Source: Histomonas meleagridis 2922-C6/04-290x (taxonomy: Eukaryota > Protista > Parabasalia). From it: a stretch of DNA of 64,000 nucleotides. Under the pieces are notes generated by a model. It saw only the letters and a list, made by a program, of their open reading frames with translations, ran no database searches and had not been told where the DNA came from. How positions within the stretch are numbered: the stretch's first letter is position 1; every line of letters starts with the position of its first letter. The position numbers were made by a program, and so were the translations under genes. The DNA lies in NCBI GenBank assembly GCA_020184695.1, contig JAANOX010000061.1, positions 558,001 to 622,000 on the forward strand, in the 5' to 3' direction. Below are positions 37,101 through 46,950 of this stretch, in pieces.

Positions 37101-38521
37101 CATTACATATAATGATACAAAGTGGTAAATTCGATCATCCAACTCGATTATTTATATCTATAGAAGATACATATTATTTAGTCACACATAATATTAATGA
37201 TTATAGAGAATTACCACCAGAGTTTTATTATCAATCAGAGTTTTTAACTAATGATAATAATTTCGATTTAGGCTCCATTAATAATAATAAAATTAATGAC
37301 GTAATATTACCAAAATGGGCTAATTCATCAATTGATTTCATATATCAAAACAGAAAAGCTTTAGAAAGTGATTACGTATCGGAGAACATTAATAATTGGA
37401 TCGATTTAATTTGGGGTTATAAACAAACAGGTGAAGAAGCATGGAAAGCAAATAATGTATATTTGCCTGATTTATATGAATCGATTTGGACTAAAGAAAA
37501 CTTAAAAGACCCTTTAAGAAGAGCTGAAATCGAAGCAGCAATGACACACATTGGACAAATCCCAATAAAATTATTTAATGAACCACATCCTAAACGAATA
37601 ACAAAGAGAAATTCGATTAAAAAATCAAATTTAGTAATAAAATTAAGTCAAGAAAACATAAAATCAACTTATTTCATTAATAACTCACGTTTAATTATTA
37701 TTACAAATAATTTTTATTTAATTATTTATAGATTAACGAAAGAACGAATTTTCGAAGAATATAAAATTAAGTTAAATAAAAACATTTTAATGTTAGGTTC
37801 AATTAATAATACAATTATTGGGTTATTAGATATAGGAAAAATTATACAATTATCAGAAACTAATAATAATTTTTCAATTATGTATCCAAACTTATCAAAC
37901 ATTTCTTATATTTCAACTTTAAACGATATTTTCGTTGCAGTTTCAGATGATTCTACTTTAAATATTAATAATAATTCTAAAAATAATTTCATTATTCCAT
38001 TTTATGGTGATCCAATTTGTTGTTGTGATATATCATTTGATTTTGGTATAGTTATATGTGGTACAATATCTGGTAAAATTGTAATATGTTCCTTATTAAA
38101 TGGTATCAAAGTGAATATTATTTCACTTGAAAATAATTATAAACCTGAAAAGATTTTGATTTCAAAATCGTGGGGATTTATTATTAGTTATTGTGTGAAA
38201 AATATTTCAGGAAATCTTTCGTATAAAATATTTATTCATACTATTAATGGTAAATTAATTAGAGGAAAAGAAACTTCTTTCATTAGTTCTTGGTATTGTT
38301 TCTCATCGAATAAAGGATTTGATTATTTAGTTATATCAAATGAAAATGGTAAATTGCTTTTATTCGAAGCTTTTTATTTAGATTTTAATTTTAATAATCC
38401 TTTGTTTAGATGTAACTCAGAAATCATATCTTTATATTATTCAAATGATATTAACTCTATTCTTGCTGTTAGAAAAGATGGAATGGTTCATTTTATTCCT
38501 GTTTTAGAAGATTTAATATAA
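31115..38521 (+). CDS. BEACH-domain protein (PH-BEACH-WD40), ~2450 aa
   Basis: [46 protein letters not shown] and [8 protein letters not shown] BEACH motifs; start uncertain (track uses TTG, first ATG at 31190). Confidence 0.92.
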   Translation: [2468 protein letters not shown]

Positions 38522-38657
38522 AATATAACTTCACTTACGATGAAAGTCACGGATTTTAACGTTCTTTGTGAGGTTAGTAAGACCGCCAAAAGGAGAATTA
38601 GTAAACGTTTCTGTCCAAATTTGAATGGTTTATATTTATATTGGCTGAGCATATAGA

Positions 38658-41600
38658 ATGTTAGCTAAAGAAAGAGGAAGAAGAAACATAAAAAAGATAG
38701 ACTATGGGTTTAAAAGCTTATGGACTCAAGCATTAAAAAGCCCAGATGATGGTAGTAAAATACGTAATTATCAGAAAAAAAAGAAAAATAAAGGATTACG
38801 CAAAAGATGGAAAAATGAAAATGAAGATGAATTTTATACCACAAGATATGGAAGAATCAAAAAATCAGTATTTTATGATTACGATCATATAGATGATGAC
38901 GACGAATATGAACCAAAAAAAAGAAGATATAAAAAAAAAGCACACCGAAAAACTAAATATTATAAAAATGAAAATAGTGCTGATCCTGAATTATCTGATG
39001 AGGACGTCGAAGAAGAAATCAATGAAAACGTAGAAGAAGAAGAAGAAATTGTTGAAGAAGAGGAAGAAGAATATGTGGAAGAACCAGATATTGTACAAAA
39101 TATACTAGGAATTAAAGAAGATTTTGATTCAAAAAATGCAAAAGATGAAGAAACATTATATTATGTTAAATTCCAAGAAAAATCATATATGCATTGTAAG
39201 TGGCTTACAGAAACGGATATTTTACAACTTATAGGAGGAGAATCTGCATTACGTCGATTTAATATTCGTACAAGTCGATGTACTATGTCACATTCTCTTT
39301 CTATTCCATCACTTGTTTCATATGATGAGACCATTGTTAATTCTGATTGGTATGAAATCGATCGAATTATTAATGATGCCTGTGATAGGCCAGGTCAAGT
39401 TGAATACTTAGTCAAATGGAAGTCATTAGATTATTCTCAATGTACATGGGAGCTTGAGAAAGATATCAAAGATAAAACCAAAATTGATGAATATTTCAGC
39501 CGTTTACAACATAGTAATCCAAAATTAATTCCATCAAAATTTAAACGTCCTCCTCCCACAAATTACACAGAAATCACGGAGCCCGTTAACTCCAAAGTTG
39601 GAACTACATTACGTAGTTATCAAATTGAAGGATTAAATTGGTTACGTTTTTGTTGGTATAATCGTCGTAATTCAATTTTAGCTGATGAAATGGGTTTAGG
39701 GAAAACAGCTCAATTAGTTTGTATGTTAAATTATTTAGCAACATCAGAAAATATTACAGGTCCATTTTTAGTTCTTGCACCATTATCAACATTACCACAT
39801 TGGAAATTAGAATTTGAACGATGGACTAATTTAAATTGTATAATCTTTCATGGGGATGAAGAATCACGAAAAATGATTTATGAATATGAAATACAATCAT
39901 TTGATGAACGAGGTACTATTAATCCTAATCGTGTAGCGTTTGATGTAATGATAACAAATTATGATATATTTCGTTCTGAAAACAAATTATTACAAAGTAT
40001 TGAATGGAGATATTTAATTGCAGATGAAGGACATAAACTTAAGAATTATAAATCTAAAATATATTTATTAATGAAACAATTAAAATTCGAACATTGTACA
40101 TTATTAACAGGGACACCATTACAAAACGATATGACAGAGTTATGGTCATTATTACATTTCTTAAATCCGGAAAAATTCGATGACTTAAAAGGTTTTATGA
40201 AATGTTATGGGAATATGGAAGATTCAAATCAAGTAGAAGAAATACAAAAAATGATTGGTAATATAATGTTACGACGTAAAAAAGGGGATGTTGAAAAAGC
40301 TATTTTACCTAAAGAAGAAACTATAATTCAAGTAGAATTAACACGAATACAAAAGAAATTATATCGAGCATTTTTACATGAAAATGCGGAACTTTTATTA
40401 CAACAAATTATTAAAACAAAACAATTACCTTCTTTATTAAACTTAATGATGCAATTACGGAAAGTTTGTAATCATCCATTTTTAATACGTGATGCAGAAG
40501 AAGGTGTAATTACTGATATGATCGGTAATAATCCTGATTTAGAATTATTGTCACGAACTGAAATTCGACAAAAGGCTATAGTTGATTCAGCAGGTAAAAT
40601 GATATTAATTGATAAATTATTACCAAAACTTAAATCTGATGGACATAAAGTATTAATCTTTTCACAAATGGTACGAATATTAGATATCATTGAAGATTAT
40701 TTAAATATGAAACATTATACATATGAAAGAATTGATGGATCAATTAGTCAAAATGATCGAGAATCAGCTATCAATAGATTTAATGAAGATCCTGATCGAT
40801 TTATTTTTTTATTATCAACTAAAGCAGGTGGTATTGGTATTAATTTAACAGCTGCTAATATAGTTATCATTTATGATAGTGATTGGAACCCTCAAAATGA
40901 TATTCAAGCTCAAGCAAGATGTCATCGAATTGGACAAAAATCAGTTGTAAAAGTTTATCGATTAATTACGAGAGGTACTTATGAAAGTCAAATGTTTGAA
41001 CGTGCTTCGAAAAAATTAGGTTTAGATCATGTAGTATTAGATGGAGGAGACTTTAGAGAAAAGCCTATGAAAGCAGCTGAAATTGAAAAAATGTTACGTG
41101 AAGGTGCATATGGAATATTTAATGATGATGATACTGAATTAGATAATTTTTGTTCAGCTGATATCGAACAAATATTGACGAAAAGAGCTACAGTTTATAA
41201 AGAAGATATTGTAGCTGGAGGTGGTTCAGTATTTGCTAAAGCTTCATTTAATGTAGATGAAGATGATATTGATGTTAATGCGCCTGATTTTTGGTCGAAA
41301 GTATTACCGGAATCACAAAGTTTAGAAAGTTTAGATGAAGAAGATGATTTAAAGGTACGAAAATGTCGGCAAAATCATGTAAATAATTTTGAAATTGATA
41401 AAAGAATTAAAATCAAGAAAATCATTAATAAGATGATTAATCATGGGTTAGTTAATCTTGATGAAGATCATGAAAAATATTCAAAAATTATATTACGGAT
41501 AGCGTTATCAGTCCATGAATGTAATGATAAAAATTCATATATTATATTACGACATGTAATTCGTGAAAGTATCAAAAATTTAATTGCAATTGAAATAGAA

Positions 41601-43283
41601 GATCCAGTTAAAGAATATGGAGAAACAGCATTTATCGTTGAAGAAAGAGCAGATGAAATAATGGAACGAGTTGCATTTTTCTTACGATTAGAAAGAGTTT
41701 TATATTTCATTCAAGGTAATATTGAAGAATGGCCTTCAATATTTCCAATATGGGAAAGTCCAGAATATGAATATGCATTAATGTTAGGTGTATATAATTA
41801 TGGATGGAAAGATTTAATACAAATTATTAATGATCCTATTTTAGGTTTAAGTGAAACTAAACCTTTAAAAAGATCAGCGATTGAAAGACGTGTACAAAAA
41901 CTTTATGAAGAAATAGAAAAACAATTTAATACTGAGAAATATTTCATACCGAAATATATTATTACTGAAAATAAATTAAAATTTGCTGTGCCGAAAATTT
42001 GGAAGAAATCACATAAAAAGTTATTAGCACGTGAATTTTTATATGAACATGAATTTGAATATTTAATCCAAACAATTACTTCTTATGGATTACCGAAAAT
42101 TGATATTTCGAATTATGATTTTGAACGAATTAAATTATTATCGAATTTAACTTGTGTTGTTTTATCTACAATACAAAACACAATTGAAGATTTATTAAGT
42201 TATCTTCAAAATGAATATTCAACAACAGAATTTGCACTTGATGACTTAGTTGACTTTAAAGGTTATCAAAGTTTAAATAACTTTTCCGAAGTAATTACTT
42301 ATCGACAATTAAAAAAGGCTTATCAATCAATTCGAGAAATGGAAGTAATTTATGATTTCTTAATCGAAGCTACACCCAAACATTGGGCATTAATTAAAAA
42401 TGTTCCACATAATAAACAATTACCGAATTGGTGGGGCCATGAAGAAGATGAAGCATTAATACGTGCATTAGGTCAATATGGATTATCAATAATTTCGACA
42501 TTTATCATTGATCCACATTTACCTTTTCGTAAACATATTCCACGTATAGCTGTTTCTCTTGTCGAAAAACATGCGAAAGCTGAAAAACGTGGAACAAATT
42601 CAAAATTTAATCGACCGAAACAAGAAGTTGGTACATTAAGTTATATCTATCGAGAAAGATCACGTATAAATCGAGCGTTAACAGTAATAAAATATGTTAA
42701 TGAACGATTTAAAGAGTTACAAACAAAACAAACATTAACCAAAAAGAAAAAATCGAAAGTGAATATTTATGTTTCAAGACCTACAACACGACTTTTGATT
42801 ATATCTTATGGAGATATTAAATTAAATCCGAATTTCTCATTCGAAAAATTCGATTTCCCGCCGGGTTATCAATGTGATCGAATGTACGTAGGAAAAAGTG
42901 ATAATACTTTAATATGGTATAGATGTGAAATTTTGGATGGCGGTGATTACCCGATTTTTAAGGTAATAATTAACGCTGATGATAAGAAAAATAAAATAGA
43001 AGTCGAAGCTGATTCAATCGATGGAATAGCAAAGAAAATTATGAAAGTTTTGAAGTTTAAAGATAATAAATCAAAAGATGAATTCGAAACTGGTATAAAG
43101 TTATTCGGATTAAATAACCCAACTGTAATGAGAGTGTTGGGAGGAATGAAGGAAAATTGTTTGGAAGAAGAAAACGTCGAAAATAATGAAGAAGAAGATG
43201 ACGAGAAAACTCCAAATTTCGAAATAATTATGCCTTCTTTCGATAGAGCATTGTTCCATAATAAAAAGATAGAACATATCTAA
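38658..43283 (+). CDS. CHD-family chromatin remodeller (double chromodomain + SNF2 ATPase) with a C-terminal FYR-like domain
   Basis: YYVKF..SYMHCKW and YLVKWKSLDYSQCTWE chromodomains; LADEMGLGKT, DEGH, LLTGTPLQN, DSDWNPQND.QAQARCHRIGQ; FPPGY..RMY..YRCEILDGGDYPIF. Confidence 0.95.
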   Translation: MLAKERGRRNIKKIDYGFKSLWTQALKSPDDGSKIRNYQKKKKNKGLRKRWKNENEDEFYTTRYGRIKKSVFYDYDHIDDDDEYEPKKRRYKKKAHRKTKYYKNENSADPELSDEDVEEEINENVEEEEEIVEEEEEEYVEEPDIVQNILGIKEDFDSKNAKDEETLYYVKFQEKSYMHCKWLTETDILQLIGGESALRRFNIRTSRCTMSHSLSIPSLVSYDETIVNSDWYEIDRIINDACDRPGQVEYLVKWKSLDYSQCTWELEKDIKDKTKIDEYFSRLQHSNPKLIPSKFKRPPPTNYTEITEPVNSKVGTTLRSYQIEGLNWLRFCWYNRRNSILADEMGLGKTAQLVCMLNYLATSENITGPFLVLAPLSTLPHWKLEFERWTNLNCIIFHGDEESRKMIYEYEIQSFDERGTINPNRVAFDVMITNYDIFRSENKLLQSIEWRYLIADEGHKLKNYKSKIYLLMKQLKFEHCTLLTGTPLQNDMTELWSLLHFLNPEKFDDLKGFMKCYGNMEDSNQVEEIQKMIGNIMLRRKKGDVEKAILPKEETIIQVELTRIQKKLYRAFLHENAELLLQQIIKTKQLPSLLNLMMQLRKVCNHPFLIRDAEEGVITDMIGNNPDLELLSRTEIRQKAIVDSAGKMILIDKLLPKLKSDGHKVLIFSQMVRILDIIEDYLNMKHYTYERIDGSISQNDRESAINRFNEDPDRFIFLLSTKAGGIGINLTAANIVIIYDSDWNPQNDIQAQARCHRIGQKSVVKVYRLITRGTYESQMFERASKKLGLDHVVLDGGDFREKPMKAAEIEKMLREGAYGIFNDDDTELDNFCSADIEQILTKRATVYKEDIVAGGGSVFAKASFNVDEDDIDVNAPDFWSKVLPESQSLESLDEEDDLKVRKCRQNHVNNFEIDKRIKIKKIINKMINHGLVNLDEDHEKYSKIILRIALSVHECNDKNSYIILRHVIRESIKNLIAIEIEDPVKEYGETAFIVEERADEIMERVAFFLRLERVLYFIQGNIEEWPSIFPIWESPEYEYALMLGVYNYGWKDLIQIINDPILGLSETKPLKRSAIERRVQKLYEEIEKQFNTEKYFIPKYIITENKLKFAVPKIWKKSHKKLLAREFLYEHEFEYLIQTITSYGLPKIDISNYDFERIKLLSNLTCVVLSTIQNTIEDLLSYLQNEYSTTEFALDDLVDFKGYQSLNNFSEVITYRQLKKAYQSIREMEVIYDFLIEATPKHWALIKNVPHNKQLPNWWGHEEDEALIRALGQYGLSIISTFIIDPHLPFRKHIPRIAVSLVEKHAKAEKRGTNSKFNRPKQEVGTLSYIYRERSRINRALTVIKYVNERFKELQTKQTLTKKKKSKVNIYVSRPTTRLLIISYGDIKLNPNFSFEKFDFPPGYQCDRMYVGKSDNTLIWYRCEILDGGDYPIFKVIINADDKKNKIEVEADSIDGIAKKIMKVLKFKDNKSKDEFETGIKLFGLNNPTVMRVLGGMKENCLEEENVENNEEEDDEKTPNFEIIMPSFDRALFHNKKIEHI

Positions 43284-43594
43284 ATAAATTTTTTATGATT
43301 TAAATATTATATATATACTCATGTCACTTTTAAAATTTTTATAGCGCTACTTTTTCAATTCAAAACAATCAAAACAAGTCAAAGAACTCAATATGATGTT
43401 TATTAAGATTCCGATTTCTGTCCGTGCTTGGATTGACTCTCACATATATGACATAGCATTCAGATCTCTTTGCAAAATTTTGTAAACGTAACAAAGCATA
43501 AATAAATTTTGGGTAAAAATTTATTATTTATTTATTTATAAAACATTTCATGAAAAAGTGGAAATTGACGATAGATGCGAATTGACAAGGTTTG

Positions 43595-45019
43595 TCAAAT
43601 AAAACAAAACAATTCATTGTCCCTGTTTTGGGAGTAGGGCATTGGTTCAATATCATCCAATGCACTTTCTAATTCCGATGTACTATTGGTTAGGTAGTTT
43701 AAGTGTTCATTCATTTCATCGATCACTGATTTAAAACCATTTGCAAATACTGCTTCAAGTGCTTTATTGTTATACGCTCTATTAATGGTCCTTTCGATAT
43801 TGATTGGAGTTTTATAACTCAATGTAATTGATGTGATTTGATCTAACAATGCATCATCGCCTTCTTTTATAGCTTCTTCTTTCATATAATTACGAAGCTT
43901 AATGCCTATAGCTTCTTGGATGTCGCGGTTGGTTATTAACATATTAAATTTGTCTTCAAACATTGGATCACTTCTCATTTCAAAAATGAATTTCACTAAG
44001 AGTTCGATTTCTTGATTGTGGCTGTCACTAACAAGAAGCATAATGAAAGAATCATTAAATATGTTATTAAATTGATCAAAATAAAAGTTGAAATGTGGAC
44101 AATTAAATGGATAATTCAAACATTCCAAAAGTTCCACAATGAGATAATTCATATAATCATTAATATAATATGTGTTACGAAATGTGAGAAAAACAGAATG
44201 TGCGATCTCCATTTTTCCTGGATTATTTTTACATTTAGGAATAATTGTCATAAGTTCATGATTAAGTTCTTGAAGAACACGGTTCCCTTTTCGATATTGG
44301 TCATTGAGAAAGTCATCAAAAAGACGCCTACGCCTGTGTAAAGGATTTTGGAAAATTTGTTTTATCAAATTTGAATAGAAACCGTTAAAGCACTTCAACA
44401 TTTCGATGCAATCATCGCTTCCGCAATGACACGAAACGCATGATTGACAAAGACCACATACACCATTCATTAGTGGTAAAAGATAATCATCGTAGAAATT
44501 GATTAAGGTGATAAGGCTTTGAGATATGAAATAAATAAAGCGTGAGAGATAACAGAGAATTATGTGGTTGTGAAGCTCCATTTCGTTGTTTAGCTTCTGT
44601 AGATTTTCAATTGCTTTGATTAGGCTTTCAACATTATTTTCAAGAATTTTGTTCTCATTATTGGGATCTAGAAATACTTTGCTCCAAAAATTTAAGATTT
44701 GTTTCTTTGGGATAAGACAGATTGCAATGTAAATAGGAGTGTAATCAATAGTATCATCAATGTGTTGTTGTGTATCTTCGATCTTTGACTTAAAATTCTG
44801 AATTACAGACTCCTCATTTAGCCCCTTTTTGCTTAAAACATTGTATAGATTGCTTACGGCTCTTTCAAATAATTCAAAAGATGTTTTTTGTGATTCATAT
44901 TTATAGATGGTTCGAATTACATTTTCCTTCACTGTCCAATCGTTTTTGAAATAAAGCTTTATTAAGTATGTCTTCTCATCTGGAGTTAAGAGTTTGTCTT
45001 CCTTCTTCTTTGTTTTCGT
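43595..45019 (-). CDS. Hypothetical protein (445-474 aa); frame is open to an ACG at 45019 next to an initiator
   Basis: ORF open 29 codons upstream of the GTG at 44932; first in-frame ATG is more than 100 codons inside. Confidence 0.7.
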   Translation of the reverse strand, partial: TKTKKKEDKLLTPDEKTYLIKLYFKNDWTVKENVIRTIYKYESQKTSFELFERAVSNLYNVLSKKGLNEESVIQNFKSKIEDTQQHIDDTIDYTPIYIAICLIPKKQILNFWSKVFLDPNNENKILENNVESLIKAIENLQKLNNEMELHNHIILCYLSRFIYFISQSLITLINFYDDYLLPLMNGVCGLCQSCVSCHCGSDDCIEMLKCFNGFYSNLIKQIFQNPLHRRRRLFDDFLNDQYRKGNRVLQELNHELMTIIPKCKNNPGKMEIAHSVFLTFRNTYYINDYMNYLIVELLECLNYPFNCPHFNFYFDQFNNIFNDSFIMLLVSDSHNQEIELLVKFIFEMRSDPMFEDKFNMLITNRDIQEAIGIKLRNYMKEEAIKEGDDALLDQITSITLSYKTPINIERTINRAYNNKALEAVFANGFKSVIDEMNEHLNYLTNSTSELESALDDIEPMPYSQNRDNELFCFI

Positions 45020-45023
45020 TGGT

Positions 45024-45035
45024 AAATGACCGTTT
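45024..45035 (-). promoter_or_regulatory. AAACGG + TCATTT (M3-like motif and initiator)
   Basis: Minus strand reads AAACGGTCATTT; TCAY initiators are the known trichomonad core-promoter element. Confidence 0.5.
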
Positions 45036-45181
45036 AAAAATAATGTCTCAAAAAAAATGAAAAAAAAAAAAGCAAAATGAAAATTTTTCGTTTACAAAAT
45101 TAGGGATGTTATGTAATGGACAATTACATTTTGAGTGTGAAACTGTTTTGTGAAAAATGAATATGAATTTTTTTAATATAT

Positions 45182-45553
45182 TTATTCAAGAAGAGCGCCA
45201 AAAATAACTGCAACAACAAGATAAGTTGAACCTTCAACAGAAACTGTTGCATAGTTGTCATGCTCTGGATCCCATAAACACATTGATCCCTGGAAGAAAG
45301 ATTGGCCCATCTTTTCACTTAATGTAACATGTACAGAATATTTATAACGAGCTGGTATATAACTTTTGAGCTCTTTTAATATTTTGTCAGTAACTTCTTT
45401 TAGATCTATTGGTGATTGTTTTGGATCATATTTATATGTTTCTTTTGGAAATTTTTCTTCAAGAATTTCTTTTGTTTTTGTCTTAACAACTGACACTGGA
45501 AATGTACCTGATGGTAATTGATATGAGTTTTCCATCATAACTTGTTGACTCAT
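45182..45553 (-). CDS. Tctex-1 family dynein light chain
   Basis: MENSYQL, RYKY.V.V.L.EKMGQ, SMCLWDPEHDNYA. Confidence 0.92.
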   Translation of the reverse strand: MSQQVMMENSYQLPSGTFPVSVVKTKTKEILEEKFPKETYKYDPKQSPIDLKEVTDKILKELKSYIPARYKYSVHVTLSEKMGQSFFQGSMCLWDPEHDNYATVSVEGSTYLVVAVIFGALLE

Positions 45554-45660
45554 TTTATTTTGTTGGATTTCACTCAGTTTGTTTAGAATAAATAACGTAC
45601 ACAGACATAACGACGAACAGACTCAGTGAATTTTTAAAACGATACATAAAGCAAAAGGGT

Positions 45661-46176
45661 TTAAACCAAAACTTTAAGGAATTCCTCTGCACATTTACGT
45701 GCTCTCTTATTTAATGTGACCTTCATGTCGGATATTTCCTTATCTACATCTTGAAGGAATATCATGATAAAATCAATTAATTTTAATAAGATCATTTGCT
45801 CAACATGAATATTCGTTATTAAAAACGAAATATCATAGCCTTTGATGGGCTTGCGACGGAGAATCCTAAATTGGTCAGCTCTCTGACATAAGAATCTCAT
45901 GAACATTTTTGCCAAAAGTGTATCAACTTCATCAAGTTGTTGAACTTTAACAGAAATTCGAACACTATTAATAGCTGTTTCGATGTAAACGCATTCAATT
46001 TCGGATCTGGCAACCATTATTGGATGCCCAATGATTTCTTGCGACGATTTCGTTAGCGTTTCAATTTCAGGTTTATTATGTCTTTCTACATCTTGTGATG
46101 CAAAATTACGTAGACAAAGTGATGAATATAATGAACGACGAATCGCATTTAAATATGGCTGATGACTTTTAGTCAT
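45661..46176 (-). CDS. ARPC4: Arp2/3 complex subunit 4 (p20)
   Basis: LCLRNFASQDVERHNKPEIE, ETAINSVRIS, FRILRRKPIKGYDISFLITN. Confidence 0.97.
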   Translation of the reverse strand: MTKSHQPYLNAIRRSLYSSLCLRNFASQDVERHNKPEIETLTKSSQEIIGHPIMVARSEIECVYIETAINSVRISVKVQQLDEVDTLLAKMFMRFLCQRADQFRILRRKPIKGYDISFLITNIHVEQMILLKLIDFIMIFLQDVDKEISDMKVTLNKRARKCAEEFLKVLV

Positions 46177-46379
46177 TTAAAATAATTATTTTGATTAAAT
46201 GACCATTTGTATTGGTTTTGAAATTGTAAAAACAAAATTTTATGATAAATTAGGACATAACACTGCACGTGAAAAATCATTATTAAAAAAACTTGTAAAG
46301 AGGTGAAAACATAAAAATTTTTATCGACTGAAACTTGCATGCAAACCTTTGGAAATCATTAAGAGCTAAAAAAAAAAAA

Positions 46380-46950
46380 AAATTATTACTTTTATTGATT
46401 TTTCTTCTTCGTTAGAAGTACCCTCAACGAAAGTAGTGTCACCGCTTTCTAAATGTGGATTAACTAAAAACACAACTGATAAATGAATATGTAAATATGT
46501 AATGGGACGCATATTACAATAATCATAATTCGGAGATATAACAGATTCTGGATTTCATAATCAGGATCATTACGAGATAATGGATCATCTTATCGTCAAT
46601 AATGAAATGAAGTAATGCAACAGGAGTTATCTGAAGCAAATATCCATTCACCAGCTTTACAATTTGGAATTTTTAATGTTTTCATCATCTGATTTGAAAA
46701 TAAGTAATCATATGCATTTTCTAAATTTCCCATACCAAAATTTTCACTTTTTGTTATTGAAAGAAATATTTTCCACAAATTGTTAATTTTGTAATTGATG
46801 CACATGAAGAAAATACATAATCAACTGCTTCAGTTAAATCTGGAAATATACATTCTACTAAATAAAAATTCGAATACTCTATTTCCATTTTATCAAATAC
46901 ACTCTCACCGATTATTTAATTTTTGGTAACTAACTAAAGTAAAAAGAAAA
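46380..46950 (-). pseudogene. Degenerate BspA-like LRR membrane protein fragment
   Basis: ECIFPDLTEAVDYVFSSCASITKLTI and TLKIPNCKAGEWIF fragments, then a hydrophobic stretch and an acidic tail, across several frames with stops. Confidence 0.35.
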
